Position numbers and translations under genes: made by a program. Shown here piece by piece: positions 12,833 to 27,077 of a stretch of 64,000 bases of DNA (positions are counted from its first letter, which is position 1; every line of letters starts with the position of its first letter). Source of the stretch: Camelus ferus (taxonomy: Eukaryota); assembly GCF_009834535.1 (NCBI RefSeq), contig NC_045696.1, forward strand, positions 85,500,001-85,564,000, given 5' to 3'. Under the pieces are notes generated by a model. That model was given only the letters and a program-made list of their open reading frames with translations, was not told the origin of the DNA and did no database searches.

Positions 12833-13951
12833 TCTCAGTGACAAAAAATTAGCAATAAAAATGGGCAGTGAGGAATGTATATCTGAAAATTTTTATTTCT
12901 TGAAAAGAGGCTTGAGAGTTCTCTATGAATTTAATTACCTGTATTTATTACAACATAACCTACAGGGAGAAATTTGAATAAATTATCTCATATGTTCTCA
13001 AATTACCCCAGTATAGTAAGAGTTTAAACAATATACCTAATCTATCTGTTATATTATCCCTCCACCTTTACAAATTGACTCTTTAAATTATCTTGTATAT
13101 ATATGTTTTAAAATTATGCTATCTTAAAAGATTTTTGATAGTAGGCATGGAACAAACATAAAATATCTAATCTATTATAAACTAAAGAGACATTTTTCAC
13201 TTGTAATTTGATAATTTTTGTCACTTGTTTGATTGTTTTAATTATTTTGGCCAGTGAGCTTTATTTTGTAAATGAAATAATTATATTCACAATGAATTAA
13301 TCAATTGCAATAAAAATTTATCCCAAATAAATTTATTACAATCATTGTAACTGACTTGGTCACGTTCAGTCTGCATTCAGTCATATTTTAACCTACATCA
13401 CTAATAAAAATATTGCTTGTAAATTATGATAAATGATTTTGAGCACATTTAAATAGAATGACAAGTTGTGTCAAGTGAGTTTATAAAATGATAATCGTAT
13501 GTTGGGATGACATTAATTCACCTATGAATTTACATTTAATCCTTGGAATATATTATGACAAAAATAAAATGCACTAATAAAAACTATAGTCATTGAATGT
13601 TTATGTGCAATATTTTAAATAATGTGTCTATAATCAGTAATAAAGAGGAAATAATAAACTTAGAACACATTTTTTTCCTGAAATGTGTTTTATACCACAG
13701 TTATTTAAAATATAATGAAAAGGGAACACAAAAACACAGGAGTATACTGAAATTGTTTTTATTTCCCATAAAACTGGAAGGTAAATCCCAGACTTGAAAT
13801 ATGTTATCTTCACTAAAGCTCGTCCACATTTTTGTTTGGCCCAATTTAACTATTTAGCTTTTGGGAAATAAAAACTCCAATTCATTTTATATATTCTTAA
13901 GAAATAAAGTTTACTACTTGTTACCACAGAAACAATAAAGAAGAGATTTAC

Positions 13952-14152
13952 CATGTTCTGCACAAGGGAAAAAGACAAGTTCCATATGCATGGTTTAGTT
14001 AAATGTGGTTTCTATTAACCACACATTGAAATGTTACTCCAGACGATCAAGTCTTAAAGTCAGTGTGTGAAACTTGGCGCCCAGATTTTAATCCCTTACC
14101 AAGTAATTGATTTTATAAGTCACACAATAATAGTGGCCATTATATCAGCCAA
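13952..14152 (-). pseudogene. Candidate pseudo-exon
   Basis: Pyrimidine tract (AG mutated), GTAAAT donor, 201 nt: WLI*WPLLLCDL*NQLLGKGLKSGRQVSHTDFKT*SSGVTFQCVVNRNHI*LNHAYGTCLFPLCRT. Confidence 0.4.
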
Positions 14153-15029
14153 GTAGAAAGGAGAAATTAAAAAACAAAAATGTCAATCTTAAAACTCTTA
14201 TATAGTGATTCCCTTGCTTTTTTTCAAATTAAAAATAATGACTTTTAATGCCATCAGTAAGGTATTTACTTTTTTTGTACAATATCAGAGTTGCAGTGCT
14301 AAGACTGACCTGAATATATCAAGAATTACATGGAATTTTGATGGTTTTTCATAATTTCATCTGAATTAAATTAAATTTTGTTAAAACACCTTAGACCTTT
14401 CAATTACCACTTGAGTGCTTTTAACATTGAAAAACTGATCATGGATAGTCTGAACCACAGGAAAAGGAGGTTTTATTACAAATAATTAACCAATTTGAGA
14501 CAAGAAGGAAATTTGCTGTAAGTGCTAAAAGTGATTAGGAAATTTCCGAATAATGATCAATAATGGAAAACTCTATTAAAATATTGATATGATTTCATAG
14601 TAGTTAATGACATAATAAATAATAGACTACAAAACATATTACTACAAAAAGCCTCAAAATGAATAACTGAACTTAAATAAGAAAACATTATAACAAAACA
14701 ATAAATTAGAGAAGTGGGAATAAGAGAGGAGACTACTTTGTGCATGTCGTGTTCTTTACACATTTATAAAGTGATTTCCTAATACCACAAATGTTAATCA
14801 AGAAAGGCAAAGGGTATTGTGGATATAAATATTTAAGCTACATATAGTGCTATCACAGAGAATAAAAAGAACCAAGAAAAGGTTTTCTTCTTAAATGTTC
14901 ACTTACTTTGTAATACTTAGTAATACAAAATAATGGATTTTCCATAAAAATTGGATATTGTTAATCTGGTATTTCTCATTTTATAAAGAAAGAAATGGAG
15001 ATCCTGAGAAGGTGATTATTTTCAAAACA

Positions 15030-15275
15030 GGGCATTGTGCTTAAGAAAGTGGATTCTATAGTCAAACAACCTGGCTTTAAAAATCCCAGATCCTCAGTTT
15101 ATGAGCTGAGAAACTGTTGGAAAATTTCTTTAAATTTCTTTAAGCTTATTTCCTCATCTGTAAAAAGACAGGTGATAGTATTTTTCACACTGGGAATGTG
15201 AAATCAAGTGCAACTATTAAGGCAAAATGCTTAGCACAATATCTGGCCAGTTTTAAGTTTTTAGCAAATGTTAGC
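15030..15275 (+). mobile_element. MIR SINE
   Basis: tttcctcatctgtaaaa core; aaaatgcttagcacaatatctggc. Confidence 0.65.
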
Positions 15276-15330
15276 TATGGTAGCAGTAACAGTGAGTAAT
15301 ATTAGGATTAATAGTATTATGGTTTATCAC

Positions 15331-15766
15331 CATAACTATTATTATCTGAGCAAGAGTCAGGTTCTCCTAATGCCAAAGCCATTACATTGGCAACTTAGTC
15401 TTAACTTCGTAATTAGCCTCAGTGAATATTTCCCATGTTTAAAAGTTCTATGGTCCCTTCATATGTTAACCAAATTACTAAATATTTCTTTTTATTCTTC
15501 TCTGATTCTGGTATGTTGGTTATTTCAAGGATTTATATTTTAACTCTTGGAGTCTCTATCTGAAATATTGATGCAGTTTGCCCTTAGTTAAAAAAAACTA
15601 TGCCTATTTTTATTCAACAGATTAAGATGTTGCAATTAAGTAACCTATGCAATAATAATACCATTCAGGAGGGTCTATGGAGCGCTTCTTCAGGCAAGGT
15701 CAAATGAACTTTATTACATTTAAATAAGCTTCAAGTCCCTATCTTTTCTTAATGAAATGAATAAAC
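15331..15766 (-). pseudogene. Pseudo-exon(s), one or two segments
   Basis: ctctgttag acceptor, phase 2: FIHFIKKR*GLEAYLNVIKFI*PCLKKRSIDPPEW... then IETPRVKI*ILEITNIPESEKNKKKYLVIWLTYEGTIELLNMG...VANVMALALGEPDS. Confidence 0.5.
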
Positions 15767-15887
15767 CTAACAGAGATAGATGGTAGGTAGATAGACATGT
15801 AGGTAGACAGGGATGGATGGGTGGACAGAGGAACAGATGAACAGATATAGGAGTTCATCATCCAAATTATGGTTTATCCATGTTTAC

Positions 15888-16085
15888 AAGGACAAAGGCA
15901 CAAGTGCTGTTGAAGCCTTCATACCCTCACTATTGCCACTAAGACATTTTACATATATTCTAAGGAAGATTTTGTAGAAGGAACCATTATTATAAACAAT
16001 AGGATGTGGGAAAGATTTACTTTCAAGAAGATAGTATAATGTATAAAGCTGAATTGCACTAATGAATGAGCATAAAGAAGTTAAA
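15888..16085 (-). pseudogene. Pseudo-exon
   Basis: ttttttaacag acceptor, GTAAAC donor, 198 nt, phase 2>2, fully open: LTSLCSFISAIQLYTLYYLLESKSFPHPIVYNNGSFYKIFLRIYVKCLSGNSEGMKASTALVPLS. Confidence 0.6.
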
Positions 16086-16499
16086 CTGTTAAAAAATTTC
16101 TTTAAATATAACATTTCTAAGAAGAAAGGCTAGATTCTGTGTTCAGTCTTCTATTTCACATCTTTAAATTAGACATTTATTATCAAATTTTGTTATTTCT
16201 AAGTCATGGATTTTTAAACAGAATGTTAAGATTCATACATCATGTATATAACAAATAATATTTGAAATTTATAACAATTATACAAATGCCTTTTAAGTGT
16301 ATACTTTGTAACATTATGCATATAGTATGTTATTTATAGAATTTAATATCAAATGACAATGTAAAGGTTCATTTATGACATTCAATAAGGAAGTTACATT
16401 TATAGACAATAAAAGTTATATTGGCTTCTCAATCTCTTAGGAATAAATTTATACTCATTTTTTAGTTGACAAGTTTTACTGGTTCCTAAAAACTTTGCT

Positions 16500-16502
<3 letters not shown>

Positions 16503-16534
<32 letters not shown>
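16503..16534. repeat. (AC)n microsatellite
   Basis: About 16 AC units. Confidence 0.9.
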
Positions 16535-16539
<5 letters not shown>

Positions 16540-17001
16540 TGTGTGTATATACATATATGTGTGTTTGTATATTTCTCCATTAATTGTAATGGGAAAATAT
16601 GATCCATTCTATCTCAATGTACACAAATAATTTTTCAAAGAAAAGTATATGCATTCAACAGTAAAAAATACTTACATAAATAATAAATAAGTTTGGAAAT
16701 ATTACAGTTTGTACATAAAATGCAATTTACTGAGGAAGAAGAAAAGATTTTATAGACGGTGGTGACTGGTAAAGAAGGGGTGTGAAGGACTCATATTGTG
16801 ACAGAGAGGCAGGCAATCGACCTCTGGCAGACATAAATTGTCAGAATCAGATGTAGTTGATAATAATAGAAATAAAAATAATGTTATTTGTTTCTTGTAC
16901 TTTTTTGTTAGTGAAAAATTTACTCAGAGTTAAATTTTCAGCTCTCAGCTTTCTCTTAATATACATTACCAAAAAGCAATGGAAAATATAATTCTAAATA
17001 A

Positions 17002-17325
17002 TCACAAAGGCAAACATCTGTCAGGCACATAAATGCCACATTCACCAGCATTACTGTAACTGCGTATCAACGATATGCTGGCTGTACATTTTATTTCTTT
17101 TCCACTACTGTGTTGGGGAAAATAGAGTAAGCTTGATTGCAGATTCAATGCAAATTTTTCCCAAGTAAAGATGATGAAGGAAAAAAGAAAAGACAGATAA
17201 AAACTACTGAAACAAAACAGAAAATATTCATAGCCCCAGGGAGTTCTTGATTCAATACAGATGTCTCTTGGGGATTGTTTCACCCAGTGCTTTGCAGGAA
17301 TAGTCTGACATATGTTCTAAGCAGA
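17002..17325 (-). pseudogene. Candidate pseudo-exon(s)
   Basis: Non-repeat segment with open frame ORF 17002..17283 containing a hydrophobic stretch (YFLFCFSSFYLSFLFSFIIFTW). Frame and boundaries ambiguous. Confidence 0.35.
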
Positions 17326-18549
17326 CTGGTACACAATTTTTAAAAAAAGTTTTCATATTGTTATTATACCATAGTATTGACAGAAGGAAGAAAGAAAAAA
17401 GTGGTGGTTTAGTATAAGTGTATAAAGAATATACTGCATGTGTAGTAATGACAGTAAAAGACAAAGAAAGTTTTTGCTGTTTGACAACCTTTCTCTGACC
17501 TTAGCAGTACGCATAATGAGATGGTTAGCTAGGGGATAATAAAAGGTCTGGAAGAGATAAAGAATCTGCTCCAAGAATGAAACTGACTTTACCCAAGCAA
17601 TTTCTTCAACTGGCCAGTATAGGAAAGAAGATGGGTGGTGCATAAAACAAAACAGCAGTTAAGTAACTTATCCAAGGTCATGTAGTTAATGGATGGTAAA
17701 TTTGAAATTTGAATCCAAGTCTCCTTTCAGTAACTTATCTCCTTCAGAAGAAAATGGCTACTGTATGGCTGCATATGCTTCTTGAACCCATTAAATTGTG
17801 TGTGGACATGCATACACACCACACACACCTCAACTGAACAGTGAGAGCATGTTAACTTAGGTAAATTAAAAATAGTTTGTAAATAAATTTATATAAATTA
17901 TCATCCTACTATTAAATCTTCTTGAGACTTAGAATGGTTAATTAGCTTTCCCAATGTCACTAAATTAATAAGAAGCAGACACAAATTTGAACACAGCTAT
18001 TTCTATTTCCAAAGCCAACAGTTCATATCTTCCCATCTTCTTCAGACTATAAAAAATATTAAAAATTGGTGAGCACATAATATAAAATTATATTCCCTCA
18101 TTCTAAGCAACCATTTCAATATGCAAAACTGGAGGACTTTGTCAGAGCAGGCCAAGAGAATTGTTTTGCTATTCTAAATTATGTTGAAATGTGCTTTTCT
18201 ACTCTTAGACTGACCTTGGGGAGTAAGGAGAATTTGACAAGAAAAGAAGAAACTGAAAATCAGAAGGGGAGAGGTTATTAAATGTAGAGAGTAGCCTCAT
18301 TCTGCTTCTCTCCATTGATATTCCTTTTCTCATCTCAATGAAGGCATCAGCAGCTCTGGATAAGTTCCCCTTTCTCTATATAATAAAATAAAACCATGAC
18401 ATCACAGAAAAGTTAGAGTTCAAAGTTTATAACTTACTGATAAATCACTTAAATTATTTTTTCTGTGGATAGCACCAAAATCTCTTGGAAATTTACTATT
18501 TTCATATCTATTTTTTTCTCCTCATTAAGAGAATTCTAAAACCAAATAC

Positions 18550-18750
18550 CTTTGAGATGTGTTTCAATCATTATTCTCAACTGCAAAAAAGGAATATAAG
18601 GTTACCTAGTCCCATTTATATTTTTAATGACCGATTGTTGGAAAAAGATAAAATATGATTTCCATATGTTTCAAAAGCAAACTGATAAATGTGCACCAAT
18701 GGATACTGTACAAAATTCCTGAGAGGAACCTAATTTGTTTTGTAACAAAG
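18550..18750 (-). pseudogene. Pseudo-exon (S1-S2-like)
   Basis: Long pyrimidine tract (AG mutated), AAG|GTATTT donor: LCYKTN*VPLRNFVQYPLVHIYQFAFETYGNHILSFSNNRSLKI*MGLGNLIFLF/LQLRIMIETHLK (1-nt slip in a T run). Confidence 0.55.
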
Positions 18751-18989
18751 TTGGAAAGAGAAAGAAAGAGAGCAAGGGAGAAACAATTTAGCCTAGTGAT
18801 TCTTCCAGCCCTGTGACTTGATGCTTGGGGTGCATGTGCTCGACCTCGACCCTTCTCATACTCGTACCCAGGGGGCTGCTGGTTCTAGAAGATGGCAGCC
18901 GTCACTGGGCAAGGGCAGGAAGTGGACAGCCAAGAACTCCTCCAAAGAAGGCAGGTCCACATGTTAGCCAAGGCTCCACACTCCACTGT

Positions 18990-19131
18990 CTCATCAGATT
19001 TTACTTACACAACACACATTCAAAGATAAAATTACTATGAATTTCAAAACGGCAACAGCTGAGCATGAGCACCCTTCTGAGTACAGAGCTCTGAGTGACT
19101 GCACTGGCTGCAAGCTCATGGAGCAACTCTG
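18990..19131 (+). mobile_element. MER91-like hAT-Tip100 MITE
   Basis: aaagataaaattactatgaatttcaaaacggc...cccttctgagtacagagctctgagtgactgcactgg. Confidence 0.6.
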
Positions 19132-19259
19132 AAATCAATTCTTACACAAATGTGGAAGACAGAGAAAATGTCTATCGAAAATGGGAGCAGATACACTGTG
19201 TGGGGACGGGGGATATGTGGAACATCTCTCCACCTTCTGCTCAAAAGTCCAAGGATAAC

Positions 19260-19740
19260 TTGTTACCTTTGTATCTTGTGATAGGTCTTGAGGTCACCGG
19301 ACATCCACACGGGCAGCAACTGGGAAGATAATAGGTGGACATGAAGCAGAGGAGAACAGGGGTCATCTGGAACCAAGGACACAAGGACAATCTGGAATCC
19401 ATATCTATCTCTCACTAATTTCAATCTTCTATAGAAGGAACCTGTGCCCTTAGTGACATGTATGTGGCTCAAGAGTCAGAGGAGCTGAAGGAGGATGAAG
19501 TACAGAAGCTAGAAGAGCTGGAGGCCCAACAAGGTGAGCACGTAAATCAGCAAAAACATGTGCAAGCCGCAGTGGTGCCTGGTGCTCTATGCCAACCTTC
19601 AAGAATGATGGCTGCTCCTTAATCTTCTCTTTTATAGTCCATACAAATCTCACTCAAGGCCTACTCTTTCATGGAACCAGAAAGGGAAAGGAGTTCTGGG
19701 AAGTGCAGTTTCAGCTTAACTAAATTGACACAGTATAAAG
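19260..19740. mobile_element. Old MaLR LTR (MLT1-like)
   Basis: GC-richer block ending gggaaaggagttctgggaagtgcagtttcagcttaactaaattgacac. Confidence 0.5.
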
Positions 19741-21596
19741 TTATGATACAATATAACTTTAACACTCTCAGAGAACTGGCTAAGAGAGAACACTCCTTAA
19801 CTTGTTTCCAAACTTAAACATAGTAGGAGAAAGAAAATTTACAAATGAATTGTATCTATGAATACTGAAGCAAGGATCCTATGCAAAATATTCATTAAAC
19901 CAAAGGAAAAACATAAAAAAGGCCATTATGGATTTGTCCAATGAATATAGTCTTACGTTAATAGTAGAAAAATCATTAACCATTCTAACTTGGTAAAGAA
20001 GAAAAAATATATCTTTCCAATAGAATATTCACTCAAAAAAGAAAGGAAAAAAAGAGAGATATCCCTTAACTATGAATAGATACAAATGTCTTTAATCCAG
20101 AGGGCTTATATTTCTTAAGTGAAACATCAAAAGCTTCTAAGTTATTTGTAATGTTCTATTTCTTCTTAACTTGGGAGTTTAGTACAAGAATATTCATTTT
20201 ATTATTATGATTTAAACAGTATATATATATATATATTTTTTAAGTTTCTATGTGTATTATATATTTCATAGTGAAAAATAAATGAGAGAAAAGAGAAACT
20301 AAAAGGAAAGATAAGAGACCTAGAAGACTAGATCCAGGAGGCCTAATGTCTGACTGAAAAAAGTTCTGAAAAAGATTAGAAAATGGAAAGTGAAGGAAAT
20401 TATCAGGGAAGTAACAGAACAAACTATCAAAGAACTTCATAAGTAGTTGGCTTGGAAGGTCACATAGTAAGTACATCAAGACACATCATTATGATTCAGA
20501 ATACCAGAAATAACAAAGGGAGCCTAAAGTCTTTCAGAGAAAAACATGTCAAAAGCAAAAAGTGGGATTCAGAATGGCATCAGATTTTTCACATTGACTC
20601 TAAAAGCTACTAAAGCTATGAGGGGAACAAATAATTTTCAATATCTAAATAAAACTTAAAATTTAAGGTAGATTAAAGGTCTATTCAGCCATAAAGTTTA
20701 ATAAAAAAATAAAACATAGCCAGACACATGAAGATCCATAAAAATACTCTTCCGTGTAACTTTTCGTAGGTGTGTTCTTAAAGATACACTCCAAGGACAA
20801 GGGGTTATCAGTCAACTAATCAACCAATGAATCAAATCAAGATACAGGACTCAGGAAATAATGAATCTCATCAGGGATAAAGGTGAGACAATGAACCAAG
20901 ATGACAAAAGAACCACCAGCTCAGACCACAGTTGGAACATAGAGACAAGAAGGAATGAATTTATGACAAATTGGAGATACCAATAAATAGATAATCTAAT
21001 TAAATATTTAAAAAATCAAATCTATATTTAAAGAGAATATTATACAAGTGAAAGCTGATGCAAGAAAGGATATACAGAAAAAGAAATGTTCTTATAGTAA
21101 ACAACTTAGATTTGAAGTGGCCTTATTCATTATCATCTATTGTGAAAATTGATAACTGATTTTACTAATATTGGGAAAATGTGGTAGAGCACTAAATCCT
21201 CAGCCACCAGAGCAGTGAATTAATAAATTATTTTAATTTGTGAATTAAAAATAATAAGAAATGCTAATAAAACACATCATTTAGAAATATGTATTTAAAT
21301 ACCAAGGAACAGGAAAATGAAAGTCATTGCCTCTAGAGAGGGTAACCACTGGGGAGAAGCAAGTCTTAAGACTACATGATTTTTTTCAGTTAAGATTTAT
21401 ACTTGTCAATATTAAGATTTTTTAATATTATTACAGTTGAATGCCACTTTGTTTTTTAAAACAAACCACAAATGCATGTTTAAAAAAGATAGAGAAATTA
21501 ACTTTTAGTTTAAAATAGCCAACTCAACTCATTGAGATGTTCCCATTCTATAAAGAAACAAAACTAATATGAGGTCTTAAAAATTGCTAAATATAC

Positions 21597-21873
21597 AACT
21601 AGTCTCAAAAGCCAAAATAGGAACTTTTCCTTGTGTTAGAACAGACATCTCTAATAGAAGGAATCATTCAGAAAGCCACAACCAGAACCGGGTTGGGCAC
21701 AAGTTCCCTACAAGACAAATGCTGAATCACATGGAAGAAATGGAAATAGGCTGACCCAAGGACTCAGGTTGTGTAATAATATCATAATTTGACTCTCCGT
21801 CGTCTATCTCTAACTCTCACACATATGCATTTCACAGTACCCAGAGTGCTACAGGGGTTGGATGTTTTCTGAA
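21597..21873 (-). pseudogene. Pseudo-exon (C-linker/CNBD-start-like)
   Basis: atttgcag acceptor, phase 0, four TGA stops: FRKHPTPVALWVL*NAYV*ELEIDDGESNYDIITQPESLGQPISISSM*FSICLVGNLCPTRFWLWLSE*FLLLEMSVLTQGKVPILAFETS. Confidence 0.7.
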
Positions 21874-22484
21874 CTGCAAATATGTTTAATGTATTTCCAT
21901 ATATATAATCTTTCATTTATAATAAACCTAAACACCTGAGCTTGTTATCAAGGTTTGACAAGACCTGGGCCCTGCCTACCTCTCATAGTCATAGTATTTA
22001 CCATGACTCCCCTCATAACCTATACTCTGGCCATCCCAAATGCCTTACAGTTCTCAAACTATGCCGTATGGTTTTATTCTTTGTCTTTATCCATTCTAGT
22101 CCCTCTATTTAGCACGCAAGTTCCTCAGGTTGCAATTCAATCCACCAATCCCTTTCCCTACTAGGCTGTCTCATCTTTTAAGACACTTAGTGTCACTTCC
22201 TCTATGACTATTTCCTGACCCTATGTATAAAATAGCCTTTTCTTTTATCTTTTATTGAGTCTCATACTGAAGTCTAACAAAAAAAAAAAAAAAGGTGATT
22301 TTTCAATAAACTTGTTTTTGTAGCCAGCTTTACTTCTCACTACTGGTCTAGAAGTTCCTTAAAGACAGATACCATGCCTTGATCTCTTCTACATCCATAG
22401 TACTTCAAGCAGTACCTTATACACATAACAGGCACTTAATGAGTGTTTTAGTAATTCAATGCATGATGAATGAAAAATAAATAT

Positions 22485-22682
22485 TCTTTTAAAATGTCTT
22501 CTGCAGGTTGCAAAGTTGCCAATCTGTCAGTATGATAACAGGCTGAGACTATCATTGCTTGTGACTTAGGATAAAAATCTCCTAAGCACATAAGGATAAA
22601 TGACACTGTTGTACATCTCAACAGGGAAATGATTGAAGGGTCAAGCTTGGTAAAAGTGATTAGGCTTGATTTAACCAAGTAA
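22485..22682 (-). pseudogene. Pseudo-exon (pore/S6-like)
   Basis: tttttgttcag acceptor, open phase-2 frame (ORF 22448..22690): YLVKSSLITFTKLDPSIISLLRCTTVSFILMCLGDFYPKSQAMIVSACYHTDRLATLQPAEDILKE (cf. T.T.VGYGD..P.). Donor lost. Confidence 0.65.
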
Positions 22683-22793
22683 CTGAACAAAAAAAGGCAA
22701 CTGCCAAAAGTTTAAATGTTTCTTTCTCTCCATTAATCCAAGTTCAGAGATAATTTGATGATAATATGTAGAAAAAAGACAAGATGTTCATAC

Positions 22794-22827
22794 TTAATAT
22801 TTTCTCTATTACATATGTATTCTTCTA
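22794..22827 (-). pseudogene. Pseudo-microexon
   Basis: tttttctaatcag acceptor, GTATGA donor, 34 nt, phase 1>2: EEYICNRENI. Confidence 0.55.
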
Positions 22828-23118
22828 CTGATTAGAAAAATGCATAATTACCTGCACTATTGGTAAAAGAAGTGTTATTCTTAAATAAAAAAAGATTAAA
22901 AAAGTCATTTCACTGATATGATATATATTCTTCAGCATATAATGAATATAAATATAATTAGTATATTTTAATTAATAATAATAAAACACTCCTACTATGG
23001 TAGCTGAAGTAAGTCAATAGCTATTTCATTTTATTATTTTTAAATTCAACTTATTTAAAATAAGGAAAAAATAATTCAGCCACTTAAAATTGTAACTATT
23101 TTAAAACATCAAGCAAGA

Positions 23119-26100
23119 GAGTTCTGAGAAGACAGAGGAGTAAGAAGCACCTGGAACTGATTCCCCACCTGAACAAAAATTGCACTGGTAAAAGCTGTCT
23201 GATACAATTATTTTGGAACTCCGGATTCTATTGAAGGCTTGCAACAACCAGGGAAAAGCTTGGGTGGTAACTGGTTAATTTCATTAGTTTCAACTCTTGC
23301 CACAATAGAAGCTATGGATCCTCAGCCCCAGCCCCAGGCAGGCAGCTGTGCAGGTGGTTTTGGAGCAGCCTGAATGCATCTTGCAGGAGGAGAAAAAAAG
23401 GACTCTGTCCTCTAAATATTGAGGATCTCTGTTCTAGCTGTTGGTTGCTGTTTTTACTCTCAGAGATACACCAAAGAGGCAGGTACACTTCCTCACATTA
23501 CTTCAAGCTCTTCCACCTCAGGCTATAATGACTTCGAGGGGACTTACAGGGTTGTTGCCCTTTTCTCCCCTTCATTTTTTATTTAAAAAATTTTTTTTCC
23601 TTTATGAGGCCAGACATAAAACCTAGGGTATTCAAAAGGAACTGCCTTTATGGGACAAGTTAGAAAGTGAATGTGCATATCTAGGGAAATGCAAAGGATC
23701 AGAAAATACCTGAGACAATCTAATATTTCCACTTTAGAGTGATTCCTATCACAGAGACAGGCTATAGCAATAAAACAAAAGCAAAAACCAGCAAACCCTG
23801 AGGTTGAGGGAGAATACGTTTTCCAGAGTTACATTATCAGATTTAAAGGTCTAGTTTTCAACAGCAACAAAAAAATCACATAGCATACAAAAAGACATAA
23901 AATTATTTGTTTTATCCACAAGTATACTAATTCTTTTTTCTACTTGGTCAAATCTGCCTTTGCATCCCTCCAGTAAATTTTTTATTTCAGTAGTTGTACT
24001 TTCTAGCTCTAGAGTTTCTTTCTGGTTACTTTTAGGTTTTCTGTCTCTTTATTAACATTTCCATTTTCTCCATACATCATTTTCTTTGCTTTATCTACAT
24101 CTCCCTTTGTTCTTTTAACATTTTTAAGACAACTGTTTTAAAGTTTCTGTCTTGTAGATCTGCCATCAAATCTTTTTCAGGCAGTTCTGTTGATTTATTT
24201 TTTTCTTGTGTATGCTAACAAATTGGATAACTTAGATAAAACTAACAGATTTCTAGAAACACACAACCTACCAACATTAAATCATAAATAAATAGAAAAC
24301 ATGAATGACCCATAACTAGTTATGAGATTGAATCACTAATCCAAAATCTCCTGACCCCCCCAAGAAAAAACAAAAAACAACAGCAACTAAAACAAAAACA
24401 GGGTCTGTTGACGTTACTGGTGAATTCTACCAAGCATTTAAAAAACTAGTGCCAATTCCTCTCAAACTCTTCCAAAAAACTGAAGAGGAGGTGAGAACAC
24501 TTCCTAACTCAATCTCTGAGGCCAGCATTGCCCTGATACAAACCAGGCAAAGACACTGCAAGAAAAGGAAACTACAGACCAATATCCCACATGAACTTAG
24601 ATGCAAAAGTCCTCACCAAAATACTAGCAAACTAAATTCAGCAACGTATTAAATAGATTATACAACAAGATCAAGTGGGATTTATTCCTGGAATGCAATG
24701 ATGGTTCAACATATGAAAATCAGTGTAGTATACCACATTAACAGAATGAAGGAAAAACAACACACATTATCATCTCAATGAATGCAGCAAAAGCTGCAAA
24801 AGGTGACAAAATTCAACACCCTCTTCTGATAAAAATAGTCAACAAACTAAGACTAAATGGAAACTGCCTCTATATAGTAGAAACCAACAGGAAACCCCCA
24901 GCTAGCATCATACTCAGTTGTAAAAAACTGAAAGCTTTTCTTCAAAGATCAGTAAGAAGGCAAGAATGCATTACTTTTGCCATTTCTCTTCAACATATCA
25001 CTGTAAGTTCTAGCCAGAGCAATTAGGCAAGAAAAAAGACAAGCAAACTGAAAAGGAAGAAGTAAAAAGATCTTTGTTCACAGATGATATGATCTCATAT
25101 GTAGAAAATCCTAAAGATTCTACAAGAAAACTATTAGAACTAATAAATGGGTTCAGCAAAGTAGCAGGATATAAGGTCAACACACAAAAATCAGTTACAT
25201 TTCTATACGCTAATAGTGAACAATCTGAAGAAGAAATTATGAAAACAATTCAATTTACAGTAGGAATAAGTAAGAATAAAATACTTAGAAATTAACTTAA
25301 GGTAGGAGAGGAAAGACTTGTAAAATAAAAACTATAAAACACTGCTGAAAAAAAATAAGGAAGATATAAAGAAATGGACACATAGTCCACATTAATGAAT
25401 TGGAAGATTCAATAGTCTTAAGATGTCCTTACTATCCAAAGTGCTCTACAGATCATGCAATCCCTATCAAAATATCAATGACATTTTGAAGAAATAAAAA
25501 AGTCAATTGTAAAATTCATGTAGAATCTCTAGGGACTCATTATACAAAACAATTTTAAAAAAGAAGAAAAAAGTTGGAGGCCTCACACTTCCTGTTATCA
25601 AAACTTACAACAAAGCTATAGTAATTAAGACAGCATGGTACTAGCACAAAGGCAGACAAACAGACCAATGGAATGGAACAGAGAATACTAGAAATTAACT
25701 TCAGATGTATGTATGGTAAGATGATTTTTGACAAGGTGCCAAGACCATCCAATAGGGAAAGGATAGTCTTTTTAACAAATAGTGTTGGGAAAACTGGATT
25801 TCCTCATGCAAAAAAGATGGATCCTCATCTAATACTATATACAAAAATTAACTGAAAATGAATCAAAGACCTAAATGTAAAATGAAAAAAACTGTAAAAC
25901 TCTTAAAAGAAAGCACAAGACAAGCACTTCATGCTATTGGACTGGCAATGATTTCTTGACATCAAAGGCACAGGCAACAATGAAAAAAATAGACAAGACA
26001 GACTTTAAAAAACTTTTAGACTTTTTAAAAAAATAGACAAACAGACAAGACACATCAAAAGACACAGAGAAAAAAGCAAGTCAAAGAATGAGAAAATATT

Positions 26101-27077
26101 TTTAAATCATTTTTTGATAAAAGATTAATATCCAGAATATATAGAGAACTCCCAAACCTCAACAGCAAATAAATAAACAACCTAATTAAAAAGTGGACAA
26201 AAGACTTGAACAGATATTTCTCCAAAGAAGATATACAAATGGCCAATAAGCACATGAAAATATGCTCAATATCACTAATAATTAAGGACATGCAAATCAA
26301 AAGTACAATGAGTTACCAATGCACACTCATTAAGATGGCTGATATTAAAAAATAAAACAAAATAACTATTGGTGATGATGTGAAGTTGGAATTCCTGTGC
26401 ACTATTGGTAGAAATACAAAAAAGTAAAGCCACTGTGGAAAACAGTATGACAGTTTCTCAGAAAATTAAAAATAGAATTACCAAATTATCCAGCAAGTCC
26501 ACTTCTGTGTATATACTCAAAAGAACTGAAAGCAGGGTTTCAAAATGACATTCATACACCTATGTTCATAGTAGCATTATTCACAATAGCTAAAATATGG
26601 AAGCAACCCAAGGGCTCATCAATGGATGAGTAGAAGAGCAAAATAAAGTATATAATTAAAGCAGAATATTACTCAGCCTTAAAAACAAAGGGAATTCTGA
26701 AATATGCTACAGCATGGATGAGCCTTGAGCACATTTTGCTAGGTCAAACATACTAGTCACAAAAAGATGAATACTGTATGACTTCACTTATATAAGGTAT
26801 CTAAAGTAGGCAGATTCTTAGAAAAAGTAGAATGGTGTTTGGCAGAGGCTGAGGGAAGAAAGAATCAGAAATTATTGTTTAATAAGTATAGAGTTTCAGT
26901 TCTTCAAGAGGAAAAGTTATATAGATGGATTGGATAGTGGTGATTGTTGCATAACATTATGAATGCATTTTATACCACTGAAATGTACACTTAAAATGAT
27001 TAAGATGGTAGATTTCATGTTGCATGTATTTTACCAAAACAACAACAACAAACCAGGCTAAAAAAAAAAAAAAAAAG
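23119..27077 (+). mobile_element. LINE-1 (L1MA-like): 5' UTR, inverted ORF1 piece (~23900-24210), ORF2 RT to 3' UTR, A-tail
   Basis: ORF2 peptides [38 protein letters not shown] region; L1 5' motif aagacagaggagtaagaagc. Confidence 0.9.

Noticed and set aside
18825..19653. Several 67-78 aa ORFs
   Set aside because: Overlap MITE and MaLR sequence; no splice or phase support.
24449..26300. ORFs with reverse-transcriptase-like peptides (also 37009-37236, 44973-45876, 51040-51225)
   Set aside because: Broken L1 ORF2 fragments or their antisense frames, not host genes.
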